A DNA stretch of 64,000 bases from Patescibacteria group bacterium (GTDB lineage Bacteria > Patescibacteriota > Patescibacteriia > 2-02-FULL-49-11). The position numbers were made by a program, and so were the translations under genes. Under the pieces are notes generated by a model. That model was not told where the DNA came from. It searched no databases and saw nothing but the letters and a program-made list of their open reading frames with translations. Within the stretch, counting starts at the first letter, position 1. Each line of letters starts with the position of its first letter. Below, piece by piece: positions 40,120-50,437 of this stretch. Location: the NCBI GenBank assembly GCA_041645165.1, contig JBAZQN010000001.1:117971-181970 (forward strand), in the 5' to 3' direction.

Positions 40120-41226
40120 ATGCGGATCGGCATTGATGCTTCGCAATTAGTAAAGTGGCAAAAAACCGGAATTGAGTGGTATAGCTATCATGTAGTCAAA
40201 GAAATGCGGCATGTGGTTCCGCCGGAACATCGCGTCCGTCTGTATGCGCCTTGTGCCCTTCCTCAGAAATTTTTACCGCTTCCTTCCTATTGGGAGTTAA
40301 AGATATTGCGCTGGCCTCTTCCTTGGGGCTGGACTCAACTTCGCCTTGCATGGGAGCTTATACGCAATGCGCCCGATATTTATTTTACCCCGGGTTACAT
40401 TATTCCTCTACTTTTGAAGGAGAAAGCCGCGGTGAGCATCCATGACGTGGCATTCAGGAATTACCCGTCTGCGTACCGCCATCCTCGCCTAAATGAACTT
40501 ATCCACCGTTGGAACGCAAAACGTGCGCAGATAATTATAGTGCCTTCAGACGCGACCAAGAAAGCGGTGGTCAACGCATATCATATTGATTCGGAGAAGA
40601 TTCATGTTATACCTCACGGATATGATCATACGATTTATCATCAATACGGGAAGGCGGAAATACAAAAAACGTTTAATCGTTACCGCCTTACCGATCCCTA
40701 TGTAATTACCGTGGGAAGAGTGGAAGAAAAAAAGAATATAATAAGTGTTCTAGCCGCAGTTGAAGAGGCAAGGAAGCGGTCGGAATTAAAAAATCTCATA
40801 TTGGTATTAGTGGGCAGTCCTGGATTTGGATATGAGGAGATACAGCGTTGGATCAAAGATCACCATGCGCAAGACTGGGTGCGCGAATTAGGCTGGCTGC
40901 CATCGGAAGATGTCGCGGTTTTGATGAATGGCGCCTTGAGCCTCCTCGCATTAAGTTGCGAGGAAGGGTTCGGGTTGACTGTGCTTGAAGCGCTCGCGTG
41001 CGGCACGACTGTACTTGCGTCCGATATCCCGGCTCATCGGGAAGTGGGAGCAGAGTTCGTCACTTATGTGGATCGTATGAATATATCGGCTATTTCACAA
41101 GCGATTACCAAAATTAATAATACGCCGGAAAAAAAGAGACAGAAAATGGAGTATGCTTCTCAGTTTACCTGGCGGCATGCTGCGCAAAGCATATATGAAA
41201 AATTAGTGTTGATATATGAAATATAG
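40120..41226 (+). CDS. Glycosyltransferase family 4 (mannosyltransferase-like)
   Basis: MRIGIDA..TGIEWY, IHDVAF, EEGFGLTVLEALACG. Confidence 0.92.
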   Translation: MRIGIDASQLVKWQKTGIEWYSYHVVKEMRHVVPPEHRVRLYAPCALPQKFLPLPSYWELKILRWPLPWGWTQLRLAWELIRNAPDIYFTPGYIIPLLLKEKAAVSIHDVAFRNYPSAYRHPRLNELIHRWNAKRAQIIIVPSDATKKAVVNAYHIDSEKIHVIPHGYDHTIYHQYGKAEIQKTFNRYRLTDPYVITVGRVEEKKNIISVLAAVEEARKRSELKNLILVLVGSPGFGYEEIQRWIKDHHAQDWVRELGWLPSEDVAVLMNGALSLLALSCEEGFGLTVLEALACGTTVLASDIPAHREVGAEFVTYVDRMNISAISQAITKINNTPEKKRQKMEYASQFTWRHAAQSIYEKLVLIYEI

Positions 41227-43204
41227 AGTTATTATCACATTTTTGTCCATCATTCTATTTTCAATTGTTTATATTTCTGCCGCACATGCGAGCAGTTTCC
41301 CTCGTTTGGCAAATTATTATCTAACGGGAGGAGGTATTACGGAACAGGAAGCGCAAGAACTAACGAAATGGGATGTGGTCATTATGGGAATGGAAGTACC
41401 CGAAATTTCGCCGGCGGCGTTTGCGCTTATAAAAAAAAATAATCCCGACGTCAAATTGTTGGTGTATGTGGACAGTATAATGCGTGGCACGGCCCCGGTG
41501 CAGTGGCGAAGCTCTTTTCATGAGTATCATTACAATAATGCAAAAAGTGAGTGGCTTTTGCAATCTCCACAGGGCGAGAGCATGACATTCTGGCCAGGGA
41601 CAGAGATAATGAATCCCACCGATTATGCGCCTTTGGCGCAGGGGAAACGTTGGAATGATTTTTTGCCAGCATTTGCTGCTCAGGTTTATCAGAAACAAGG
41701 AGTTTGGGACGGCATTTTTTTTGACGACGCGATGTCGGACATTTCCTGGCTGAATAACGGGAATATCGACATTACTAATGACGGCGTCAAAGACGCGCCG
41801 GAATTTATTGATAAGGCGTGGCGAACAGGTATGCGAAGCATTTATCAAAAAACGCGCGCCAATTTGGGCGATAATATAATTATTATCACTAATTCAAGTT
41901 ATGAATATAGCGAACAGTTGAACGGCCGGATGTTTGAGACAGTGCTAACGCATGGGTGGAAGTGGGATGAGCAAATCAAAGCCATCGAGGATGCGGGAAG
42001 TTCAGGCGGTTACCTGCCGCGCTATATCGTGGTGAACGCCAATACTGACAACACAGGCAATCGGGAAGATTGGCGCAAATTTCGTTTCGCCTTCACATCG
42101 ACATTACTGACTGACGCTTATTTCAGCTACGACTACGGCGACAAATGGCACGAACAAATCTGGTGGTATGATGAATATAATGTAAATTTAGGTAATGCGA
42201 GGAGCAACGCATATGCAGTAACTAACAAAGAAAGGACATTGTTAGGCGTATGGCGTCGGGATTTTGAAAAGGGGATTGCTTTGGTGAATATTACAGGAGT
42301 TGCACAAACGGTAATCGTAGGCAGCAATTTTAAAAAGATAAACGGCACGCAGGATAAGAGCGTAAATAACGGACAGCGCGTCTCGCAAATTACGATGGGT
42401 GCATACGATGGTATTGTTTTAGAGAGAGTGAATCAAGAATCTGTGCCACAGAATATGACTGTATCGCAAGGATTCGTTGCAGGCAGTAACGCGGAGTTAT
42501 GGGATATGACAACAGGTAAATCGGTAGGTATTATGGTTTTGAATTTACAATCAATTCCTAAGGGTACGTTTGGTTTAATAAACGATTTAGACAGTGACGG
42601 TATCGATGAGACCATTATTTGGAAAAATGGAGCATTAACCCTCTACCGGAATGGACAAAAAATGTGGCTCATGTACCCATATGACAAACGTTGGCGAGGC
42701 AGTGTAAGTCTTGCATCAGGAGATGTGGACGGTGACGGTATGCGTGAAATTGTGCTTGCCGCGGGCTTTGGCGGCGGCCCTCATGTAAGGATTGTTGATG
42801 TAATGGGAAAGTTAAGAGGGCCGGGATTCTTTGCGGGAAACAAAAATAGCAGGACCGGCACCTTTGTAGATGTGAATGATATCAATGGAGACGGGGTAGA
42901 TGAAATTATTGCTGGCACGGGACGCGGTGAAGAGCCATGGGTGAGGATATTTGACGCAAAGGGGACATTGCTGAATTCCTTTCTTGCGTATGAGCGCAAT
43001 AATCAGCAGGGAGTATCTGTGGTTGCAAGTGATGTTAATAATGATAAGGTAAGCGAGATATTTACGATTAATGCGAATCATGTTAAAGTGTATGCCTCCA
43101 CAGGTATATTGTTGGATCAATTTACCCTTTCAAACCAAGGGAAAAATAATAAAAGGGTAGTTATTGTTCAGGATGCTCTACATAAGAGACTTGCTACGTA
43201 TTGA
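41216..43204 (+). CDS. Secreted putative glycoside hydrolase with C-terminal FG-GAP-like repeats
   Basis: Signal peptide, WDGIFFDD, WRRDFEKGIALVN; GDVDGDG..EIV..AG.GGGPHVR repeats. Confidence 0.7.
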   Translation: MKYRVIITFLSIILFSIVYISAAHASSFPRLANYYLTGGGITEQEAQELTKWDVVIMGMEVPEISPAAFALIKKNNPDVKLLVYVDSIMRGTAPVQWRSSFHEYHYNNAKSEWLLQSPQGESMTFWPGTEIMNPTDYAPLAQGKRWNDFLPAFAAQVYQKQGVWDGIFFDDAMSDISWLNNGNIDITNDGVKDAPEFIDKAWRTGMRSIYQKTRANLGDNIIIITNSSYEYSEQLNGRMFETVLTHGWKWDEQIKAIEDAGSSGGYLPRYIVVNANTDNTGNREDWRKFRFAFTSTLLTDAYFSYDYGDKWHEQIWWYDEYNVNLGNARSNAYAVTNKERTLLGVWRRDFEKGIALVNITGVAQTVIVGSNFKKINGTQDKSVNNGQRVSQITMGAYDGIVLERVNQESVPQNMTVSQGFVAGSNAELWDMTTGKSVGIMVLNLQSIPKGTFGLINDLDSDGIDETIIWKNGALTLYRNGQKMWLMYPYDKRWRGSVSLASGDVDGDGMREIVLAAGFGGGPHVRIVDVMGKLRGPGFFAGNKNSRTGTFVDVNDINGDGVDEIIAGTGRGEEPWVRIFDAKGTLLNSFLAYERNNQQGVSVVASDVNNDKVSEIFTINANHVKVYASTGILLDQFTLSNQGKNNKRVVIVQDALHKRLATY

Positions 43205-43254
43205 AATAATAAGGACAATTTATCTAAAAAAAGGCGCAGAATATGCGCTTTTTT

Positions 43255-43283
43255 TTGACAAAATAAAAAAAACAATGTAAGGT
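43255..43283 (+). promoter_or_regulatory. Putative sigma70 promoter
   Basis: TTGACA-17 nt-TAAGGT upstream of 43313. Confidence 0.45.
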
Positions 43284-43312
43284 AAATTTCTTTTGTTTTA
43301 AGTATTTTATAT

Positions 43313-44509
43313 ATGCGGATAGCAATGATAGGGCAAAAAGGCATCCCTTGCACCGGAGGAGGGGTGGAGCGGCATGTGGAGGAATTATCCCGTCTGTTGG
43401 TGCGTGCAGGCCATGAGGTCCTCGTGTATACGCGTCCGCATTATACTGACAAGAAACGTGCGCGATATCATGGCGTAACACTAAAATCACTCCCTTCTCT
43501 CCCCACAAAGCATCTTGACGCTTTGAGCCACTCGTTAATAGGCACTTTCCACGCGATGCGCCAAGGTGTGGATATCATACATTATCATGGCATAGGGCCT
43601 TCGTTGTGCGCACCTATCCCTAGGGTATTTACGCCTCATATCAAAGTTATAGGTACGTTCCATTCACAAGATTGGAGGCACCAGAAGTGGGGACTCTTCG
43701 CTCGATTCATACTGCGTCTCGGGGCGTGGACTATGACGCATGTGCCACACATTACAATTGCAGTATCGCAAGAAATCAGTGATTTAATTTTTCAGCGTAC
43801 GGGAAGACGAGTGCCGTATATTCCCACCGGCGTATTGCTCCATAAAAAGAAGCCTCCTTTAAGGCTTTTAGAATCATTTCATCTGCAGAGAGGAAGATAT
43901 CTTTTGGTCGTCTCGCGTTTTGTCCGCCATAAATCCATTACTGATGCGGTAGAGGCTTTTATCCGTTTGAAGTCGCGTTTTCCAAAAGATGCGCGCATCT
44001 CACGCTTAAAACTCGCCTTGGTTGGCGGAGGCGCATTCACTGATGCATATGTGAATGAGATTAAGGCATGCGCGGGTAAGAGAGACGACATCGTGCTTAC
44101 AGGGTACCAGAAAGGCTATACCCTTCATGCACTGTATGCCCATGCTTTTGCATTTCTCCAGCCTTCAATATCTGAAGGAAAATCTATCGCGCTGCTTGAG
44201 GCTATGTCATGGGGATTGCCTATCATTGCCGCAGATATTCCTGAAACGCGGGAAGTGCTTATCCCCGTTCAGCGAAAGGTTTCGGGGGTACTTTATGCGC
44301 CGCGCAATATCGCAAACCTCACCCATGCAATGCATGCGCTTATCAATAAACCAAGATACGCCCGACAATTAGGCGCACAGGCGCGCAAAGAGGTTGCCGC
44401 CACTTATAATTGGGATACCATTATTTATGATATTATCGCGCTATATGAATGTGCGCTGCAGCAAAGCGATGAATATCATGCGCTCGATTACCGGTTGAGA
44501 GAAGCCTAA
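43313..44509 (+). CDS. Glycosyltransferase family 4
   Basis: MRIAMIGQKGIP..GGVERHVEE, SEGKSIALLEAMSWG. Confidence 0.92.
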   Translation: MRIAMIGQKGIPCTGGGVERHVEELSRLLVRAGHEVLVYTRPHYTDKKRARYHGVTLKSLPSLPTKHLDALSHSLIGTFHAMRQGVDIIHYHGIGPSLCAPIPRVFTPHIKVIGTFHSQDWRHQKWGLFARFILRLGAWTMTHVPHITIAVSQEISDLIFQRTGRRVPYIPTGVLLHKKKPPLRLLESFHLQRGRYLLVVSRFVRHKSITDAVEAFIRLKSRFPKDARISRLKLALVGGGAFTDAYVNEIKACAGKRDDIVLTGYQKGYTLHALYAHAFAFLQPSISEGKSIALLEAMSWGLPIIAADIPETREVLIPVQRKVSGVLYAPRNIANLTHAMHALINKPRYARQLGAQARKEVAATYNWDTIIYDIIALYECALQQSDEYHALDYRLREA

Positions 44510-44577
44510 TTGATATCGCATTCAAACGCACTCACTACGCACTCAAACGCAGTTGAGGTGCAGTATTTATTGATTTA

Positions 44578-46422
44578 TTAATCCGTGATACTGGGATCGC
44601 CTGGTCCCACTGAATAGATGGCGTCGCCGTTCAATACATAGATTCGCCGCGCTGCTTCATCCGGGTAAAGTCCCCGCAATTCAGTAAACAGCGGGCTCGT
44701 ATATTGGGCAACTAATGAGCCGTCTTTTTTTAATACGACAACTACGCGGCGTTGGGGTTGGTCGAGGAGATAGAGATAGGGAGAATCTTCCTTAGTCGCG
44801 ATTGCTTTCACGTTTCCCAAAGGAGGCTGGAGAGGCCTTAAGGCAAATGGCACCCGTTTGCCTTTTTCAAGCCGTATTATGCTGTGGTCGGTGAATGTCA
44901 CGTACATAGAGCCGTCAATGGCAAAAGTAGTCGCTTGCGATAAGTCTATAGAATCATCTTCTGACCAAGGCGACCATAAATTATACCCCTGATCTGTGCG
45001 TTCAAAGCGGTAAATGGAGCGTGTGCGCGCATCAAGCAAATAGATGTGGTCAAGGTATGTCGCATACGCAATTGGCACCATTGACGCGCGAGGCAGTATA
45101 AGAGGGTACAATTGGAAGGTGCGGTGTTCGGAATCAAAATTTAACACGCCGAGCGGGTTTTCAGTGAGCACCATCACAGTGCCCGGGGTTGAAGCGATGA
45201 TATCTACGGGCTTGCCCGCACCATCAGGAAGTTCTGTCATCACGACAATGCGCCTTTCTTTCCCGTCAAATTCATAAATGGCGCCTTCCGCGCGGTTCAC
45301 CGTATAAAGTTTTCCCTGCTTGAGCGCGAGCCCCATGAGGTCAAACGTATGCGTTTCGCGGAATGATTTTTCCATGGAGACCACTGGTGTGGGATTTGCA
45401 ATAATAGAAAGCTTATTGATCAATGCAGCGCGCTGTGCAAGCCTTGTTCTTAAGTTTTGAATAGTGGATGCTTGAGTGTCTGAAAGATACTGGGGCGCCG
45501 CATTGAGGAGTGCGAGTGTGGCGTCAATGAGCTCAAGCGCATCTTCTTCCTTTTTATCCTTCAGCAGCGACTCTATCTGCGATTCGCGCCGGACGGTTTC
45601 TGCAATTATGCGTTCCACATTTTTTGACCCCACGGAGACAAATATGATACGCAGTGAGACAAGCATTAAGAGCGCGATGACTGCTATAGCGATGCGTTTC
45701 CGGTGGGAGCTTTGCCGTAATAATGCGATACCTCCCAATATGCTTTTTTTAATCGTGGTTAAAATCGCGACCCAGTTTTTTCTTGTTTTGGGCAATGGAA
45801 GAGATGAGATTTTGTTGCGCAGGTGCAAGGCTCTGTCCTTAATGCTTTTTTTTTGGATAAGTCTGATAATAAATGCAGTACCCAGTGTGTCAATAATTTT
45901 ATTAATTTCTTTTTTATTCCCTTCTTTAAGCTGCTGGGCAAACCGCGTAAGATCGGACTTTCCAGATTCTTTTAATGTGATGAGAATCGCGCCATGTTGG
46001 TGCGCGCCCGCCACAAATTCAGTAAATAATTTTTTTCGCCCTACCGAATATTCTGATTGGCATACTTCAATAATGTTTCCTTGTGACAAAAGATACGCGT
46101 AGCATTCTCCGCCCGAAGTGATAGCAAAGGAGTCTTTATTGTAGGCGAGTGCGCATACATTTTCTGTATATGATTTCGTGTCCTTGCTCAATTCGTTTAC
46201 CCTGCTACCTGCATGCTCAAGAGCGCTCTCTAGCGATCCGCGGTTCGCAAAAAAATGTATTGAGAGATGTTTAAAAACTTCATCTCCGTATGACGAATGG
46301 CTTAAGGCTACGAGAAATGAAGCTGATGTCTCTCCCGGCCGCAGCCCTTCACGTTGTGACATTAAAATTCCGCCATTATCGGCGATATTGTGTGATATGC
46401 AAAATTGGATACCTTTGGGCAT
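44578..46422 (-). CDS. Hypothetical membrane protein with C-terminal beta-propeller
   Basis: Central TM helix; repeated YLLD/IDGSMYV/RIYVL blade motifs; ATG at 46422 follows an inserted element. Confidence 0.65.
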   Translation of the reverse strand: MPKGIQFCISHNIADNGGILMSQREGLRPGETSASFLVALSHSSYGDEVFKHLSIHFFANRGSLESALEHAGSRVNELSKDTKSYTENVCALAYNKDSFAITSGGECYAYLLSQGNIIEVCQSEYSVGRKKLFTEFVAGAHQHGAILITLKESGKSDLTRFAQQLKEGNKKEINKIIDTLGTAFIIRLIQKKSIKDRALHLRNKISSLPLPKTRKNWVAILTTIKKSILGGIALLRQSSHRKRIAIAVIALLMLVSLRIIFVSVGSKNVERIIAETVRRESQIESLLKDKKEEDALELIDATLALLNAAPQYLSDTQASTIQNLRTRLAQRAALINKLSIIANPTPVVSMEKSFRETHTFDLMGLALKQGKLYTVNRAEGAIYEFDGKERRIVVMTELPDGAGKPVDIIASTPGTVMVLTENPLGVLNFDSEHRTFQLYPLILPRASMVPIAYATYLDHIYLLDARTRSIYRFERTDQGYNLWSPWSEDDSIDLSQATTFAIDGSMYVTFTDHSIIRLEKGKRVPFALRPLQPPLGNVKAIATKEDSPYLYLLDQPQRRVVVVLKKDGSLVAQYTSPLFTELRGLYPDEAARRIYVLNGDAIYSVGPGDPSITD

Positions 46423-46423
46423 A

Positions 46424-46648
46424 CCCAGTATATCAACATCCAACGCCAAACGTGGCGAGGATAGTAGTATTACGTAGTACCGTTGCGACCCTGGAGTATT
46501 GATTTATCATAATGGACAGAATAAGCGTTTGGCGATCGGTGAGGGAGGCTTTGATAGAATCTTGAAATGCATTTATACCATTATTTCATGTTTTATTCAT
46601 TCTCTGTACTCTCATTTCCGCCTCCCTCTTGGATGTTGTATAACTGGG
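46424..46648 (-). mobile_element. 225-bp structured MITE-like element, TATG target duplication (copy 2)
   Basis: Same termini and internal stems as 14529-14749, inverted; CATA at 46420-46423 and 46649-46652. Confidence 0.85.
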
Positions 46649-46946
46649 CATAATTTAGAACGTTCGACTCTATCATAATTATGTTTTTTTTGCAAGAGGG
46701 TGGGGGATGAACATTTTTAGTGTTCATGCCCACTTGCGCTTTTTTCTGCGTATGATAGGATATGAAACTTCCTTAAGGGCGCTTAAAAAAATAACCTTTC
46801 CAATATAATCCTCATTTTATTGCGGCATTAGGCTTATTAACTATAGTACCGCATCAAAGCGGTGAATATGTTATTTTTTTACGGCGCCTAAGATATTTGA
46901 GATATCTCACAGAGTTATCCACAGCTACTCTCTTTAATTTGCTATT

Positions 46947-48689
46947 ATGGCGAAAAGATTGATAAATATATCTCTTTCAATTCTCATCGCCTTGGCGCCT
47001 TTTTTCTCATGGCACACCGCGCTCAATGCCGCGGAAACAGAAAGTCCCTATCAAGTGCATGAGGTGCTCATCACGTGGCGCAAATCATATCAAAGCCGTT
47101 TGGATGAAATGATGCTGCGATTAAGGCATGATATTAACGAAAAGTTCGGAAAAGGCATGAGCGAACAAATTGTCGAGGCGCAATCATATGACGGTTCATT
47201 TACACGCATTACGGTGCCTGAAAGCATTGAATTGGGGAAAGCCCTTAAAGTGTTACGTACGATTCCGGGCATTGAAACCGTAACACCTAACTGGCCGATT
47301 CACGCGCTCATGATTCCAAATGATCCTTACTATGAGCCGTACCAATGGAACATGAAACTCATCCAAATGCCGGAAGCATGGGACGCGAGTTTGGGCGCTG
47401 GCGCGGTAGTGGCAGTGGCAGATTCCGGCATCGCGTATGAAGATTACGGTATGTATAAAAAGGCGCTGGATTTGGGCGGCGTGAGTTTTATGCCCGGATA
47501 TGATTTTATCAGCCGTGACAGTCATCCGAATGATGAAAATGGCCATGGCACGCACATAGCTGGCATCATCGCGGGCACGCTCAATAATAATATGGGAGTG
47601 GCAGGCATCGCGCCGAAAGCGCAGATCATGCCTTTGAAAATTCTTGATAAATATGGATCAGGGACAGTCGCGGGTCTTGCGGAAGCAATCAGATGGGCGG
47701 CAGATCATGGCGCGCAAGTGATAAATATGTCAGTAGGGAGCCCAGAACCATCACCTGTGCTCACTGACGCGCTTTCCTACGCCTATCGCAAAGGAGTCGT
47801 TTTGGTGAGCGCCGTGGGCAATGACGGGACGGATAAGGTGCTTTATCCTGCCGCAGAAAGAGATTATGTGATTGCCGTAGGCGCTGCAGGGATGGACGGA
47901 TCGCGCGCGCCGTATTCAAACACCGGTGAGGCAATCGATATACTCGCACCCGGCGGGGATTTTACCGCAGATTATAACCATGACACGTATCCGGACGGTA
48001 TACTACAACAGACCTTTGCCACACGCGGCCCTCTAATAGATGTACGTTCGTTCTCTTACCGGTTCATGCAAGGGACTTCGGTGGCTGCTCCTCATGTGAC
48101 AGGCGTTGCAGCGCTTCTTAAGTCACTTGGCGTGCGTGATCCTGCATCGGTTAGATCTATCCTGCGCTCGAGTGCGACTGATATCGGCGCAGAAGGATGG
48201 GATCGCGAGACAGGCGCAGGGCTTCTGAATGCCGCAAAAGCGGTTCTCGCGGCGCGCGCGCAGAACTCACTTGTGAATGTAACTAATTCAACCGTTGCGC
48301 GAAGTACGGAAATACCATCAGAAGAAAACGCTCCGCAAACTAACGAAGAGATAGCAAGCCAGCCGTCAGTTACCGCTCTCACGCTAACGCTTACTGCACT
48401 AAACCAATTTGGGAAGACTGCCACGAAATTTACCTGGTGGGAGCCTATCACAGTACAAGCACGAGTAGTAGACCAAAATGGCAAGCCTGTCGCTGACGCA
48501 ACCCTCACTATTACCTACAAACAAGGCAGTAAGGAACCAAGCATTTTGAATGGGAAAACAAACACAGACGGCGCAAGCGCATTCGTGATAGGACCTTTCA
48601 GCCGGCGCAGTATTATTCAGATTGGAGGGATCGCGGAAAAAGAGGGAATTGCCAGCCCTTTGACTACCCTGCAATTTTCAATTAAGTAA
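46947..48689 (+). CDS. Secreted subtilisin-like S8 serine protease with C-terminal Ig-like domain
   Basis: Signal peptide; ADSGI, HGTHIAG, GTSVAAPHV catalytic triad motifs. Confidence 0.92.
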   Translation: MAKRLINISLSILIALAPFFSWHTALNAAETESPYQVHEVLITWRKSYQSRLDEMMLRLRHDINEKFGKGMSEQIVEAQSYDGSFTRITVPESIELGKALKVLRTIPGIETVTPNWPIHALMIPNDPYYEPYQWNMKLIQMPEAWDASLGAGAVVAVADSGIAYEDYGMYKKALDLGGVSFMPGYDFISRDSHPNDENGHGTHIAGIIAGTLNNNMGVAGIAPKAQIMPLKILDKYGSGTVAGLAEAIRWAADHGAQVINMSVGSPEPSPVLTDALSYAYRKGVVLVSAVGNDGTDKVLYPAAERDYVIAVGAAGMDGSRAPYSNTGEAIDILAPGGDFTADYNHDTYPDGILQQTFATRGPLIDVRSFSYRFMQGTSVAAPHVTGVAALLKSLGVRDPASVRSILRSSATDIGAEGWDRETGAGLLNAAKAVLAARAQNSLVNVTNSTVARSTEIPSEENAPQTNEEIASQPSVTALTLTLTALNQFGKTATKFTWWEPITVQARVVDQNGKPVADATLTITYKQGSKEPSILNGKTNTDGASAFVIGPFSRRSIIQIGGIAEKEGIASPLTTLQFSIK

Positions 48690-48704
48690 CAAATGTCTAG
48701 ATTT

Positions 48705-48781
48705 GTAGCGTCGGAGCTTGTCTCCGACTCACGGGTGGCAGACATCCCAGTCATTCGACGGGACAGGAGCTGCTACGCTAC
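48705..48781. repeat. GTAG-type REP-like element
   Basis: GTAGCGTCGGAGCTTGTCTCCGAC...CGCTAC. Confidence 0.55.
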
Positions 48782-49431
48782 CGTGAAACGCGTAATTCCT
48801 GTTTAATATCATTTTCTGTGGATAACTGGAGGAAAACTGAAGGTTTTTGGGTGAATTTAGCTTAATTTTGAAATGATAATAAAAATAATATTAAATATTA
48901 TGCAATAAAATGGCTAACATTAAAAGAAAATACTTGATAATAAAGCTAATATTTAGATTGACAGGGCACCTTGTTTTAGGATAAGATTGGATAACCAAAA
49001 AACAACATAAGAAACCAAATAAAAGGCAGAGATAACGATCCCGTGCTCACTTAATCGGAAACAGACGCAGATTCCGCCAGCGGGCGGATACGCAGATATA
49101 TGCAGATTTTCTTAAAGTGCATGGGACTATTTACGGTATCAGGACAATTTATAGGGCGCAGAATGGAATCCGACTATAACGCTTTATGCGCGGATCAAAC
49201 GCGAACACACGCGAGAGATCACGCCAATAGACGCGAAAGTTAGATTTCGTTCTGCGCTCTTTATATTGCGCAGATATAAGCAGATGATACGCAGATAGTC
49301 GCAGATATGTCATGAGTAAGACTATAAAAATAAAAAAAAGAAATTAACATTTCATTTCAATATCAGCGTTGATCGGCGTTTAATCCGCGTTGATCAGCGA
49401 AATGCGTAACATGCATTTGTATTCTTCTCTG

Positions 49432-49535
49432 TGATCCGGGTTGGTCTGCGCCCCCCGCCCAAACTTTGCCAGATTCAGCAGGCAAATCTGCTGGTGGCAA
49501 AACTTGGGCGGGGTCAGATTCCCCAGCCCGGATCA
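49432..49535. repeat. Nested long hairpin containing a CCCCGCCCAAA...TTGGGCGGGG element
   Basis: Outer TGATCCGGG/CCCGGATCA; inner arms resemble the ends of 9706-9806. Confidence 0.65.
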
Positions 49536-49750
49536 AAGGGAGGAATAAACCGGTCGACATCCAAACTGATCAATGATCTTTGGATCTTTGAACAGGAGGA
49601 TTGGATTCCATGTGGCGTTACGAGAGGGGGCCCTACCCAATAATGGGCACATAATTATACTCTGGTAACACCATGGCCCAGAACATCACTCCCCGCAAAT
49701 TTTCGTTTAACGAAACTTAAGCGGGGGACTCCAGAAAGGCGGTGATATAC

Positions 49751-50341
49751 ATGAAAAAAATAATCGTAGCACTATCTTTGGCATTGGCTCTCGGTCTCGC
49801 ATACTCTGCAACCGCAGCCAATTCAATCACCGGTAATGCGTTCGATGATGGCTCTGCCACAATCATTTCTGCGAAGTTCGCCTCACTTAAGATAAAAATC
49901 AAGGGGGTGTCAGTGGTGCAAGAGTATGTTGAGAACACTGCCGCATCAGGCGGTTCGTTCGTCGCATGCGGTGAAGATTGCCAGGATGTCACACTCGATT
50001 CTGGAAATGCTACTGCCACCACTGACAGCGGACTTGAGGTTGGTACGGTGGAAGTAAAATATGATGGTTTGTCAACCAGCAACAGCGGAACCATTTCTGG
50101 CAATAGCGGTGACGACCCAGCTCTCTTAATTGTGGAAAATGAAACAACCAAGGAAAAAGTGAGTATCGACACCTACGAAAATGTCGACTCTGTGGTAGTG
50201 GCAGGAAGCGCTACCGGTGGACAGTTCGTAGCAGCAGGGGATGACGCGACTGGTATTGTCGTGAAGACCGGTACATCCGGATCTATCCTTACACGACTTG
50301 CAGCCATTGGCGTCAAGTTAGTAACAAGATACGCTCCATAA
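49751..50341 (+). CDS. Secreted repeat protein (putative fibre subunit)
   Basis: SD-like AAAGGCGGTGA, signal peptide MKKIIVAL..A, repeats SGGSFVACGED..SGNA / TGGQFVAAGDD..KTG. Confidence 0.75.
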   Translation: MKKIIVALSLALALGLAYSATAANSITGNAFDDGSATIISAKFASLKIKIKGVSVVQEYVENTAASGGSFVACGEDCQDVTLDSGNATATTDSGLEVGTVEVKYDGLSTSNSGTISGNSGDDPALLIVENETTKEKVSIDTYENVDSVVVAGSATGGQFVAAGDDATGIVVKTGTSGSILTRLAAIGVKLVTRYAP

Positions 50342-50437
50342 TCAACGTCGTTGCCTGGGGTATTTGGTCTCTCCACTCAAACGGAGGGGCCAGACCCCGA
50401 GGCAGTGATTAGTTATCAGTTAATAAGTTATCAGTTT

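Noticed and set aside
48070-48100. S8 protease GTSV instead of GTSM
   Set aside because: Catalytic Ser is intact; this position varies among subtilases.
46650-49000. Replication origin
   Set aside because: Only two separated DnaA boxes, no cluster and no dnaA/dnaN nearby.
48690-49750. tRNA, tmRNA, RNase P or riboswitch in the long intergenic regions
   Set aside because: No cloverleaf, TTC loop with matching arms, or recognisable consensus seen by eye; an Rfam scan would be needed to exclude them.
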